Positions 1 through 8,045 are shown, counted from the stretch's first letter. The stretch is 41,503 nucleotides of DNA from Eubacteriales bacterium (GCA_045580585.1 JAZNOD010000154.1:1-41503), one strand, 5' to 3'. Numbers and translations are program-made. Notes: generated from the sequence alone by a model not told the origin.

Positions 1-460
1 CACCCATCTGGAAAAACATTAAAAATAGCGAAACGAAATAGAAAAGCCGCTGGCTTGCAAATATCTGATCAACGAATTGAAGGGCGATCGCGTTGGATAT
101 TTCAAAAAGCAGAATGAACACAAGCGCCAAAAGAAGGTTGGCGACGGGGCCTGCGGCGGCGGAGAGAGCCATATCCCTGCGAGGCTTTTTGAAATTACGC
201 GAGTTTATCGGAACGGGTTTTGCCCAGCCGTAGCCGAAAAGGACCATACAAACAAATCCGATGGGATCAAGATGCTTTGCCGGATTCAGCGTAAGTCTGC
301 CGAGATTGTACGCGGTCCTGTCGCCAAGCTTTTTTGCTACCCAACCGTGAGCGCATTCGTGTACAGTAAGGGAAAAGAGAATGATCGGCAAAATCAGAAC
401 AAGGTGAACGATATAGTCAGTCATTCCGCTTGATCCATTGAGTAAAAGGTGTTTGAACAT
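1..460 (-). CDS. M50-family (site-2-protease-like) membrane zinc metallopeptidase; 3' end lies outside the window
   Basis: It is absent from the ORF track because it runs off the window edge. Reverse-strand translation from the ATG at 458-460 reads MFKHLLLNGSSGMTDYIVHLVLILPIILFSLTVHECAHGWVAKKLGDRTAYNLGRLTLNPAKHLDPIGF... An HExxH motif inside a hydrophobic helix plus NPxxHLDP are hallmarks of COG1994/M50 peptidases. AAGGAG lies 5 nt upstream of the ATG. The + strand ORF 77..433 is its shadow. Confidence 0.8.
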   Translation of the reverse strand, partial: MFKHLLLNGSSGMTDYIVHLVLILPIILFSLTVHECAHGWVAKKLGDRTAYNLGRLTLNPAKHLDPIGFVCMVLFGYGWAKPVPINSRNFKKPRRDMALSAAAGPVANLLLALVFILLFEISNAIALQFVDQIFASQRLFYFVSLFLMFFQMG

Positions 461-469
461 AACGACTCC

Positions 470-1072
470 TTAAACATTTGCGGCGGAGAGTATCTCTCGC
501 CAAAGCTCGTCCTTGCCCTCGCCTGTTTTTGACGAGAAGGGGATTATATTTACACCATTAGGTATTTCGGGAGTGGCTCGGAGAGCTTCAAGCGCTTTTG
601 CCCGATTCGTTTTATTCGGTTTATCAGCCTTCGAGGCGACGACTACGAACGGGATACCCATCTGCGAAAGATACGTCAGCATCATCTTGTCGTCAGCCGT
701 GGGGCCGACCTCAAGGTCAACAAGCTGAACCGCGAGCTTTAAAAGGTCAAAGTTCGGGTTTTTCGTAAAATATCCATCTGTTATCGCGGACCATTGCTTT
801 TTGTCCGAGGCGGCGCGGCGCGCAAAGCCGTAGCCCGGCAGGTCAACGAGCATCAGCTTTGAGTCAATGTCGTAGAAATTGACCGTTATCGTCTTTCCGG
901 GCGATGAGCTGACACGCGCAAGCGAGCGCCTGCCAAGCAGGGCGTTTATAAGTGAGCTTTTACCTACGTTTGAGCGTCCCGAAAAAACGACCTGCGGTTG
1001 AGGCTTTGACGGGAATTGATCTATTCTGCCCGCTGAAATGAATAGCGAGGCTTTTTGAAGATTGAGAGCCAT
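470..1072 (-). CDS. engB: Ribosome-biogenesis GTPase EngB/YsxC
   Basis: The 200-aa product has the G1 motif GRSNVGKSSLINALLG, G3 DLPGYG and G4 SKADK. It lies immediately downstream of lon, as in the B. subtilis lonA-ysxC arrangement. Confidence 0.93.
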   Translation of the reverse strand: MALNLQKASLFISAGRIDQFPSKPQPQVVFSGRSNVGKSSLINALLGRRSLARVSSSPGKTITVNFYDIDSKLMLVDLPGYGFARRAASDKKQWSAITDGYFTKNPNFDLLKLAVQLVDLEVGPTADDKMMLTYLSQMGIPFVVVASKADKPNKTNRAKALEALRATPEIPNGVNIIPFSSKTGEGKDELWREILSAANV

Positions 1073-1074
1073 TT

Positions 1075-3516
1075 TTACCTCTTGTTATCCTTGCCGCGTA
1101 TAACGGGGGCGTTCAGCGGCTTTTGCGGAATAAATATAGTTTCTGTTTTGTCATTTACGGAGTTCTCCGATATTGTGCCGCTTTTCGAAAGCGCGACGGC
1201 AAGAACGTCCTTTGCGTGCTTGCAAGGAATGAACGTGAGCTTTTCCTTGACCTCGGAGTCTATCTCATCAAGGTTTGAGAGATTTTCCTCGGGTATCAGC
1301 ACGGTGCTTACTCCCGCGGCGAAAGCTGCCATGGTCTTCTCGCGCAGACCGCCGATCGCAAGCACGCGGCCCGTCAGTGTTACTTCGCCCGTCATTGCGA
1401 CGCTCCGGCGCGCGGGTATGCCCGAAAGAGCGCTGACAAGCGCGCACACCATAGTCACGCCCGCGGAAGGGCCATCTTTGGGGACTGCGCCTTCGGGTAC
1501 GTGGATATGTATATCCCGCGTTTTATAGAAATCGGCGGGAATGCCGTATTCGGATGCTATAGAGCGCACAAACGTGAGTGCTGCGCGTGCGGATTCCTTC
1601 ATTACGTCACCGAGCGAACCTGTAAGCTCGAGCTTTCCTGTACCGTCAAGCACAGCAACCTCTACCTTTAGCATATCTCCGCCCATTTCCGTGTACGCAA
1701 GACCGTTTACAACGCCTACAAGGTCGCCGGCGCTTATCTTCTCGGGAAGGAGCTTTCTGCCGCCGAGATAGGATTCTATATCAGCTTTGTCTATCTTTAC
1801 GGTTTTTGTTTTTCCGTCGCTTTCGATAATTCGGCGTGCCGCCTTGCGGCAAAGCTGTGCCACAGTCCTTTCAAGATTACGCACTCCGGCTTCGCGAGTG
1901 TAGCAGTCGATGAGCTCGTATATCGCCTCGTCGGTGAGCTTCACTGTGCGGCGCGAGATACCGTGGCGCTTGAGTTGCTTGGGAATGAGATGCTGTTTGG
2001 CTATCTCGAGCTTCTCGCGGCGTGTGTAGCTTGACAGCTCAATGACTTCCATTCTGTCGATAAGTGGGCGCGGAATCGTGTCAAGCGTGTTTGCGGTTGT
2101 GATAAATAAGCAGTCGGAGAGGTCAAAGGGGAGTTCCACAAAGTGATCGCGGAAGCTCTTGTTTTGCTCGGGGTCAAGTACCTCAAGCATTGCGGACGCG
2201 GGATCTCCGCGCGAGTCAGAGGAGAGCTTGTCGATCTCATCAAGAAGTATGAGTGGGTTTTTCACCTTTGCCTGAATCAGCGCGTTAATGATCCTACCCG
2301 GCATTGATGCTACGTAGGTCTTTCTGTGTCCGCGTATATCGGATTCATCGCGCACACCGCCAAGGGACACGCGCACGTATTTTCTGTTCATTGAGCGCGC
2401 GATAGACTCGGCAATGGAGGTCTTACCTGTGCCCGGAGGGCCTACAAGGCATATTATTTGGTTGCGAAGCGACGGATTAAGCTGCTTTACAGCCAAAAAT
2501 TCAAGAATACGCTCCTTGACCTTAAAAAGGCCGTAATGATCGTCGTCAAGTATCTTCTTTGCCGCCGAAACGCTTACTCTGTCTCGAGTAGTTGTATTCC
2601 ACGGTATTTCAAGCACCGTTTCTATATAAGTGCGTAAAACGGTGGCTTCCGCAGAGCCGAATGGCGTTCTTGAAAGTCTGTCGTTTTCCTTTAGGAGTTT
2701 TTCCTCGATTTCTTCGGGAAGCTTGGCTTCCTTTATTTTAGCTGTGAAATCATCGGGATCGTCATCTTCTCCAAGCTCATCCTCAATGACCTTGAGCTGT
2801 TCACGCAGGTAGTATTCGCGCTGGTTCCTTGCAATATTTCCACGAGTGCGTTGCTGTATTTCCTGCTCGCATTCAAGCAGAACGCACTCGTTGTTTATTA
2901 TCTTAATGAGGAGAGTCGCACGCAGATACGGATCGAATTCCTCGAGAACAGACTGCTTGTCAGCGGTGCGAACGAGAACTGCGGAAGCAACGAAGTCGGA
3001 AAGCAATGAGATATCGTCGATACCCTTAACGGCAAGGCGTATAGCTCCCGTGATATTTTGGAGATATTCCGTCATGCGGTCGATAGCGGCGCGTATCTCA
3101 CGCGCGTACGCCTCGCCGCGAATACCGCCGCCGTCGGGCAGCTCCACGGTCTTTGCCATTACCGATGCTGTTATGAGGTCTCCTGTCTTGTAGTATTCCT
3201 TTACGGTCGCTCTTTGGCGGCACTCGCAAATAAACCTTACGGAAGGAGCTTTGTCAGTTCCGTTTTTTGTGCTTTGGCGTATTCTCGCCACCGTTCCGAC
3301 GGAGTAAAGCTCATCGGGGGCGGGGGAGTCCTCTGTGGGCTTTTTCGTGCAAACGAGCAGCACGAGCATTCCCGATGCACCGGCTGAATCAAGAGCAGCT
3401 ACCGCCGCGGGGTCTTCGGACTCAAAGTCTATTGGGATGTTTGGAAAAGCCACTGCGTCGTGCAACGGCACAACGGGCAGAGTGAGCTTTTCTGCTTTTT
3501 CTATGTATTGGGGCAT
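1075..3516 (-). CDS. lon: ATP-dependent Lon protease (LonA type)
   Basis: The 813-aa product has an N-terminal LON domain, the AAA+ Walker A GPPGTGKTS, Walker B LLDEIDK, and the protease serine motif PKDGPSAGVTM. Confidence 0.97.
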   Translation of the reverse strand: MPQYIEKAEKLTLPVVPLHDAVAFPNIPIDFESEDPAAVAALDSAGASGMLVLLVCTKKPTEDSPAPDELYSVGTVARIRQSTKNGTDKAPSVRFICECRQRATVKEYYKTGDLITASVMAKTVELPDGGGIRGEAYAREIRAAIDRMTEYLQNITGAIRLAVKGIDDISLLSDFVASAVLVRTADKQSVLEEFDPYLRATLLIKIINNECVLLECEQEIQQRTRGNIARNQREYYLREQLKVIEDELGEDDDPDDFTAKIKEAKLPEEIEEKLLKENDRLSRTPFGSAEATVLRTYIETVLEIPWNTTTRDRVSVSAAKKILDDDHYGLFKVKERILEFLAVKQLNPSLRNQIICLVGPPGTGKTSIAESIARSMNRKYVRVSLGGVRDESDIRGHRKTYVASMPGRIINALIQAKVKNPLILLDEIDKLSSDSRGDPASAMLEVLDPEQNKSFRDHFVELPFDLSDCLFITTANTLDTIPRPLIDRMEVIELSSYTRREKLEIAKQHLIPKQLKRHGISRRTVKLTDEAIYELIDCYTREAGVRNLERTVAQLCRKAARRIIESDGKTKTVKIDKADIESYLGGRKLLPEKISAGDLVGVVNGLAYTEMGGDMLKVEVAVLDGTGKLELTGSLGDVMKESARAALTFVRSIASEYGIPADFYKTRDIHIHVPEGAVPKDGPSAGVTMVCALVSALSGIPARRSVAMTGEVTLTGRVLAIGGLREKTMAAFAAGVSTVLIPEENLSNLDEIDSEVKEKLTFIPCKHAKDVLAVALSKSGTISENSVNDKTETIFIPQKPLNAPVIRGKDNKR

Positions 3517-3571
3517 ATCTATTTCCTTTCAAAATTATAAACTATCGTTGGACACAATATCCGATTATAAT

Positions 3572-3580
3572 ATTATAGCA
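3572..3580 (-). promoter_or_regulatory. Candidate extended -10 element (TGcTATAAT) for lon
   Basis: The reverse strand reads TGCTATAAT about 55 nt upstream of the lon ATG, downstream of the sRNA terminator. The -35 region is weak (TAGAAA). Confidence 0.4.
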
Positions 3581-3639
3581 CAATTTTTTAAAAATTTCTA
3601 TAATTTTAATAAATAATATATAAAATTTCTGAAAACACG

Positions 3640-3792
3640 AAAAAAGACGGGAAATAATCCCGCCGTAATAAAATAAAAAGCAACAACGGCGACCAATTCC
3701 TGCGTGTTTTCATATCATAAGCTTGATATTCCGCAAGAAAGGGTGACCGTTGTGCATTCGAGGCCGATGGCGGATTGTTACCCGCTTCTCGT
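3640..3792 (-). ncRNA. Candidate ~150-nt structured small RNA of unknown family
   Basis: On the reverse strand a promoter (TTACAA, 16-nt spacer, TATAAT) is followed by a strongly self-complementary transcript. This contains a CGAG...CUCG stem enclosing GCGG-gtaacaat-CCGC. It also contains a ~75-nt interrupted hairpin, GCACAACGGUCACC..UUCUUGCG..AUAUCA-agcuua-UGAUAU..CGCAGGAA..GGUCGCCGUUGUUGC. The unit ends at an intrinsic terminator, GGCGGGA-uuauu-UCCCGUC followed by U6. The overlapping 64-aa ORF (3606..3800) has no RBS and a non-protein-like composition. Confidence 0.55.
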
Positions 3793-3798
3793 GAGGAC

Positions 3799-3826
3799 AT
3801 TATACACCATTTTTTGACGTTTGTAA
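3799..3826 (-). promoter_or_regulatory. Sigma-A type promoter driving the candidate sRNA
   Basis: The reverse strand reads TTACAA (3821-3826), then a 16-nt spacer, then TATAAT (3799-3804). Confidence 0.55.
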
Positions 3827-4048
3827 ATTATGAGTTTTGACAAATCTTGTGTCAAAATTTCGTGCAAAAATCCCAAAGTAGAAAATTTCACTCGAAAAAG
3901 GATGGATTTCTGTACATTTTTACAATGACATTCAGAACGACATTTCCTTATTTTTACTTTTAAACAAAAAAGCACCGTAGTCTTGTGCATTTTGCACAAT
4001 ATTTGGTGTAATTATTTCCACAGTTTGTCAGAAAAGTGCAAAAAGCTA

Positions 4049-4077
4049 TTGACAATTTTTCTCTGGCGTGATAAAAT
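4049..4077 (+). promoter_or_regulatory. Sigma-A type promoter for the dockerin-lysozyme gene
   Basis: TTGACA (4049-4054), a 17-nt spacer, then TAAAAT (4072-4077), about 50 nt upstream of the ATG at 4129. Confidence 0.7.
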
Positions 4078-4128
4078 TATAGCGTAAATGGTTTTTTCAA
4101 AAAATATATAGTGAGGTACATAATTAAA

Positions 4129-6003
4129 ATGAAAAAACGAATAGTATCGACTATTTTAGCTGTTGTTATGGTGCTTGCATCGCTCATCGTTGTTGCTCCT
4201 ACGGCATCTGCCGCTACGGGCTACGATCGCGGTTATACCGAGGGCGCAGGCGGCACGGGAAATGTCGTTTCCAAGGGTATCGATATTTCCTCATATCAGG
4301 GAAGCGACTTTAACTTTACTGCCCTTAAAAACTGCGGATACGATTACGTTATCCTTCGTTGTGCGACGGGCTACAATAGTGCTACATATGTAGACCCCAC
4401 CTTTGAGTCCAACTATACCCGCGCAAAGGCTGCGGGACTCGGAGTTGGCGTTTATTACTTCTCATACGCTTCCACCGTTGCAGGAGTTCAGAAGGAGATG
4501 ACTCATCTCCTCGGCGTTATAGAGGGAAAGAAATTTGAGTATCCCGTTTATTTTGATTTTGAAAATAATTCCATAAAAACCGCTATCAGCTCAAGTGTTA
4601 CCGCGGCAAAGAGTCTTTGCTATACCGCACTTGATGCTATTGCGGAGGCAGGCTTCCTCGCGGGTCTTTACGGCTACGCGGGCTGGTTCGACCCCGGATA
4701 CAACGGTTGGTTTGCAAGCGGCGTTGCTGAAATTGCCGAGAAATATGACGTTTGGATAGCAAACTACTATAATCCTACCTCGCAGACGAGTTCTGCTTGG
4801 GATCACACCAAAAGCACGGCGTATCCCTCCACTTACGGTATGTATCAGTATTCCTCCGACGGAAACGACACGCTTAAGGCTAACGTTTACAATGGTAAGC
4901 TCGACCTTAACGTTTGCTACAAGGATTACCCCGCTATCGTTAAGAAGTACGGCTTCAGCGGCTACGCCGCCGAGGGGACTCTGACTACCGCGGACTACGT
5001 TCCTTACGGAGAGACCTCTACTGCAAGCTGGAGCGCCGTTGCCAACGCGGCTTCTTATAAGTACAGCGTTACTCTTTACGATTACGATTGGAGCGAAACC
5101 ACCGCTCAGGTCGTCTATTCGGGAACCACCGCGGCACAGTCCATCACCATTCCCGCGCAGAGCACGGGTTGCTATATGAAGGTAGAGGTCACCGCAAGCA
5201 ACTCCAGCGTTCCCATGGTATCCTACTCCCGCCTTGGTCCGGGCAAGGAATATGTGGAGCTCAGTGCCGTTAACGGCAGCATAAACGTTTCAAACAGTAT
5301 GATAATTACTTCGTCGCAATCTGCAACGAGCCCGATATATTGGATGGTGTGCTTATGCACGCCGCAGGGGGACGGAGTATATAAGATAACCAAGCGTTGG
5401 GAAAACGGCGAAAGCTATAAGGCGGCAAAGGCTACCGGCAACGACGTCCTCTTTGCTATCCACATGGATTACGCAAACTTCGATTACGCCGACACGAATT
5501 TTGCCGTAGGCAAGACCGTTACCATCGCGGGTGTCAGCGGCACGTCGCTTCTGAGTATGCCCTATATCACCCTTGGCAGCGCAATGCCTGTTCAGGTTGA
5601 GCCCCTTGCTCCCGACGACACCAAGCTTTCCATTAGCGGAACGTGCGTTAAGGGTGTCAGCGCGGGCGCAAGTGTCAGTGATTTTGCCGCATCCTTCAAC
5701 CACGATGCATCGAACCTTGTGGTTAAGAACGCATCCGGTACTGCCGTTACTGCCGGCAACCTTGCCACGGGATACACCGTAAGCCTTGTTATCAACGGTT
5801 CCGTTGTTGAAAGCTACGCAGTTGTAGTCAGCGGCGACATCAACGGTGACGGACGCTCTACCGCGGCTGACGTGCTTACCGTGGCTATGAAGCTTAAGAA
5901 TCAGGCAAACCTTTCGGGCGCGTATCTGTCTGCCGCAGACGATGACGGTTCGGGCACTGTTGACGCAAACGATTATCTTGCAATAAAAGAACTTGTAGAT
6001 TAA
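4129..6003 (+). CDS. Secreted GH25 muramidase (lysozyme) with uncharacterised middle modules and a C-terminal type-I dockerin
   Basis: The signal peptide is MKKRIVSTILAVVMVLASLIVVAPTASA. The GH25-type catalytic region includes GIDISSYQGSDFNF..YDYVILRC..YPVYFDFE. The C-terminal dockerin duplication is DINGDGRSTAADV...DDDGSGTVDANDY. The start is moved from the ORF-track GTG at 4111 to the ATG at 4129, which has GAGG 12 nt upstream and begins a canonical signal peptide. Confidence 0.85.
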   Translation: MKKRIVSTILAVVMVLASLIVVAPTASAATGYDRGYTEGAGGTGNVVSKGIDISSYQGSDFNFTALKNCGYDYVILRCATGYNSATYVDPTFESNYTRAKAAGLGVGVYYFSYASTVAGVQKEMTHLLGVIEGKKFEYPVYFDFENNSIKTAISSSVTAAKSLCYTALDAIAEAGFLAGLYGYAGWFDPGYNGWFASGVAEIAEKYDVWIANYYNPTSQTSSAWDHTKSTAYPSTYGMYQYSSDGNDTLKANVYNGKLDLNVCYKDYPAIVKKYGFSGYAAEGTLTTADYVPYGETSTASWSAVANAASYKYSVTLYDYDWSETTAQVVYSGTTAAQSITIPAQSTGCYMKVEVTASNSSVPMVSYSRLGPGKEYVELSAVNGSINVSNSMIITSSQSATSPIYWMVCLCTPQGDGVYKITKRWENGESYKAAKATGNDVLFAIHMDYANFDYADTNFAVGKTVTIAGVSGTSLLSMPYITLGSAMPVQVEPLAPDDTKLSISGTCVKGVSAGASVSDFAASFNHDASNLVVKNASGTAVTAGNLATGYTVSLVINGSVVESYAVVVSGDINGDGRSTAADVLTVAMKLKNQANLSGAYLSAADDDGSGTVDANDYLAIKELVD

Positions 6004-6010
6004 ATTTCAA

Positions 6011-6043
6011 GGGGCTGTCGGCACTTGCGGGCAGCCCTTTATA
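6011..6043 (+). terminator. Probable intrinsic terminator after the first GH25 gene
   Basis: A GGGCTG...CAGCCC hairpin is followed by TTTATATAT. Confidence 0.55.
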
Positions 6044-6060
6044 TATGAAAAGGCATACAA

Positions 6061-7296
6061 ATGAAAAAGATTATTTCTGTGATTTTAATATTGCTCTCTC
6101 TGGTTCTCGCTGCTTGTGGTCAAACACTTTCGGCGTCTGCTACGGGCGATAATGGCTATGGGCGAGGATATGATGAGGGTATGGCCGGCAAAGGCAAAAA
6201 GTTCGCTATGGGGCTTGATATCTCCGAGCATCAGGGAGACAGCTTTGATTTTGCCGCCGCAAAATCTGCGGGCTTTGACTACGTCATTCTTCGCTGCGGC
6301 TTTTCATCGAGTCCCAAGAGCGGCGCGAGAATGGATTATCATTTTGAGCGAAATTACGCCGCCGCGCGCGAGGCTGGGCTTGACATAGGTGTATACCTTT
6401 ATTCTTATGCGGGTACGATTGCCGAGGCAAAGACAGATCTTGCTAATTTCCTTAAATATATAGAGGGTAAAAAGTTCGAATATCCCGTGTATCTTGATTT
6501 TGAAAACAACGCCGCCAAGGAAGAGATGGGCTCGGACCCCGAGGCAGCCAAGCAGATATGCCTTACCGTGCTTGATGGGCTTGCCGAAGAGGGATATCTT
6601 GCGGGGCTTTACAGCTATGCGGCGTGGACTGACCGCAATTTTAACGGCTGGTTTGCCGAGGGTGTTGACCTGATAGGCGAGAAGTACGATTTCTGGATGG
6701 CTAACTATTCAAAAAACGACGGAACTCTTAACATAGATAACGCTACGAGATATTCGCAAAAATACGGTATGCATCAGTATACTTCCGCGCTTAAGATAAA
6801 CGGATATTCGGGCAATCTTGACGCAAACATTTGCTTTAAGGACTACCCTGCGATAGTGCGCGCGTACGGTTTTAACGGTTACGCGCCTGAGGGAGTAGAT
6901 AACGTTGAGTTCAAGACGGGCGGAGAGATAAAGGATCTTGAGATAGTCGTCGATACCTCGGCGGCGGGGTGGTACAGCATTTCCGGCTCTCTCGGTATGC
7001 GCCGCGTGAGAATGGGGCCGGACACGTCATACGATATTCTCGATCCCGTTGAGGATGGCGTACCGTTCTACGTTTTGGGAACGTATAATGGATGGGGAAA
7101 GCTCGATCTTAATGGCAAAGAGGGCTGGATCAAAATGGAAAACGCCGTTGCTGCCAAATCTCCCGAGAGCAGTGAGGCTCAAACGAGTGTTGCAAGCACA
7201 ACCGCCGCCCCCGAAACGAGTGGTTGCGGAGCCGTGAGCTTGAGTGCGCTTGCAGCTTGCGCCATCAGTTTGCTTGTTGCCAAACGCAAAAAATAA
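6061..7296 (+). CDS. GH25 muramidase lipoprotein with an SH3b-like domain and a C-terminal hydrophobic anchor/sorting-like tail
   Basis: The lipobox is LVLAAC-G. The GH25 region is collinear with, and clearly paralogous to, the upstream gene: IEGKKFEYPVYLDFENN, LAGLYSYAAW, NGWFAEGV, CFKDYPAIVRAYGFNGYAPEG. An SH3b-like segment follows (WYSISG...YVLGTYNGWGKLDLNGKEGWIKM). The C-terminus is SGCGAVSLSALAACAISLLVAKRKK. Confidence 0.85.
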   Translation: MKKIISVILILLSLVLAACGQTLSASATGDNGYGRGYDEGMAGKGKKFAMGLDISEHQGDSFDFAAAKSAGFDYVILRCGFSSSPKSGARMDYHFERNYAAAREAGLDIGVYLYSYAGTIAEAKTDLANFLKYIEGKKFEYPVYLDFENNAAKEEMGSDPEAAKQICLTVLDGLAEEGYLAGLYSYAAWTDRNFNGWFAEGVDLIGEKYDFWMANYSKNDGTLNIDNATRYSQKYGMHQYTSALKINGYSGNLDANICFKDYPAIVRAYGFNGYAPEGVDNVEFKTGGEIKDLEIVVDTSAAGWYSISGSLGMRRVRMGPDTSYDILDPVEDGVPFYVLGTYNGWGKLDLNGKEGWIKMENAVAAKSPESSEAQTSVASTTAAPETSGCGAVSLSALAACAISLLVAKRKK

Positions 7297-7310
7297 GAAT
7301 AAAATCAAGT

Positions 7311-7336
7311 CAGGAAACGCCCACGGGCGTTTCCTG
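7311..7336 (+). terminator. Perfect 11-bp-stem hairpin after the second GH25 gene (atypical terminator)
   Basis: The hairpin is CAGGAAACGCC-cac-GGGCGTTTCCTG. The downstream tract is A-rich rather than T-rich, so its function as a canonical intrinsic terminator is uncertain. Confidence 0.45.
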
Positions 7337-7365
7337 CAAAAAATCAAAAAAATTCAAAAAAACTA

Positions 7366-7394
7366 TTGACACCGCCCCGAAAAAGTGGTATAAT
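7366..7394 (+). promoter_or_regulatory. Consensus sigma-A promoter of the infC-rpmI-rplT operon
   Basis: Exact TTGACA (7366-7371), a 17-nt spacer, then TATAAT (7389-7394). Confidence 0.8.
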
Positions 7395-7400
7395 ACATCG

Positions 7401-7514
7401 AAATCAAAGAAGAACGCTCCGTTCTCACCCTGCCGCACGGCGAGCAGGCGTTAATAAACGATACCCCTCGGGGAGATTGTGCGCGGAGAGTTTTTCCGTG
7501 CCCTTTTTATTTTC
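7401..7514 (+). promoter_or_regulatory. L20 (rplT) ribosomal-protein leader/attenuator upstream of infC
   Basis: A structured ~115-nt leader lies between the promoter and infC and ends in an attenuator hairpin, GCGCGGA-gagtttt-TCCGTGC followed by CCTTTTTATTTT (7481-7514). Its position and architecture match the Firmicute L20 leader that autoregulates infC-rpmI-rplT. The family assignment is by context, not by covariance-model search. Confidence 0.65.
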
Positions 7515-7529
7515 CGGAGGTGAATCAAA

Positions 7530-8045
7530 ATAGCAGCCAAAGAAACTTTACTCAACGAGAACATTCGCTTTAAAGAGGTCAGAGTTATAGGTCCCGATGG
7601 TGACCAGCTCGGTATTATGAGCTCTGATGCCGCATGCACGGTGGCATATAATCAGGGGCTTGATCTCGTTCTCATTTCCCCCAACGCTCAGCCACCCGTA
7701 TGCCGTATAGTCGACTATGGAAGATACCGCTTTGAGCAGGAAAAGAGAGAGAAGGAAGCGAAAAAGAAGCAGAACATTATCGAGGTTAAGGAGGTTCAGC
7801 TGTCCTGCCGCATCGAAACGCATGATTTCGAGACCAAGGTTAAACACGCTGTAAGATTCCTTAGCGATGGCAACAAGGTCAAGGTAGTGCTTCGTTTCAG
7901 AGGTAGAGAGATGAGCCATCAGGAGCGCGGCAAGGAAGTCCTTGAGCAGTTCCGTGAGGCAGTTAAGGAATATGGCACGGTCGATAAGATTCCCGTTCTT
8001 GACGGCAGACTTATGACCATGATAGTTTCGCCTTTGAAGAAATAA
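7530..8045 (+). CDS. infC: Translation initiation factor IF-3, starting at a non-canonical ATA codon
   Basis: The ORF track starts at the internal Met at 7617. However, the frame is open back to the TGA at 7521 and encodes the conserved IF-3 N-terminus I-AAKETLLNENIRFKEVRVIGPDGDQLGIM. GGAGGTG (7517-7523) sits 6 nt before ATA at 7530. Non-AUG (AUU/AUA/AUC) starts are the known autoregulatory feature of infC. The product is 171 aa. Confidence 0.88.
   Translation: MAAKETLLNENIRFKEVRVIGPDGDQLGIMSSDAACTVAYNQGLDLVLISPNAQPPVCRIVDYGRYRFEQEKREKEAKKKQNIIEVKEVQLSCRIETHDFETKVKHAVRFLSDGNKVKVVLRFRGREMSHQERGKEVLEQFREAVKEYGTVDKIPVLDGRLMTMIVSPLKK

Noticed and set aside
77-433. 118-aa + strand ORF at the left edge
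   Set aside because: It lies antisense to a much better supported M50 peptidase gene (HExxH, TM helices, SD). It has no RBS and an implausible composition. It is a shadow ORF.
3561-3577. Near-palindrome TTATAATATTATA upstream of lon as a CtsR/HrcA-type operator
   Set aside because: It does not match the CtsR direct repeat or the CIRCE inverted repeat. It overlaps the -10 element and is simple AT-rich sequence.
3606-3999. ORFs 3606..3800 (64 aa) and 3778..3999 (73 aa) in the lon / GH25 intergenic region
   Set aside because: They have no SD sequences and low-complexity, Cys/Lys/Phe-rich AT-driven composition. The first coincides with a promoter-hairpins-terminator unit that is better explained as an RNA gene.
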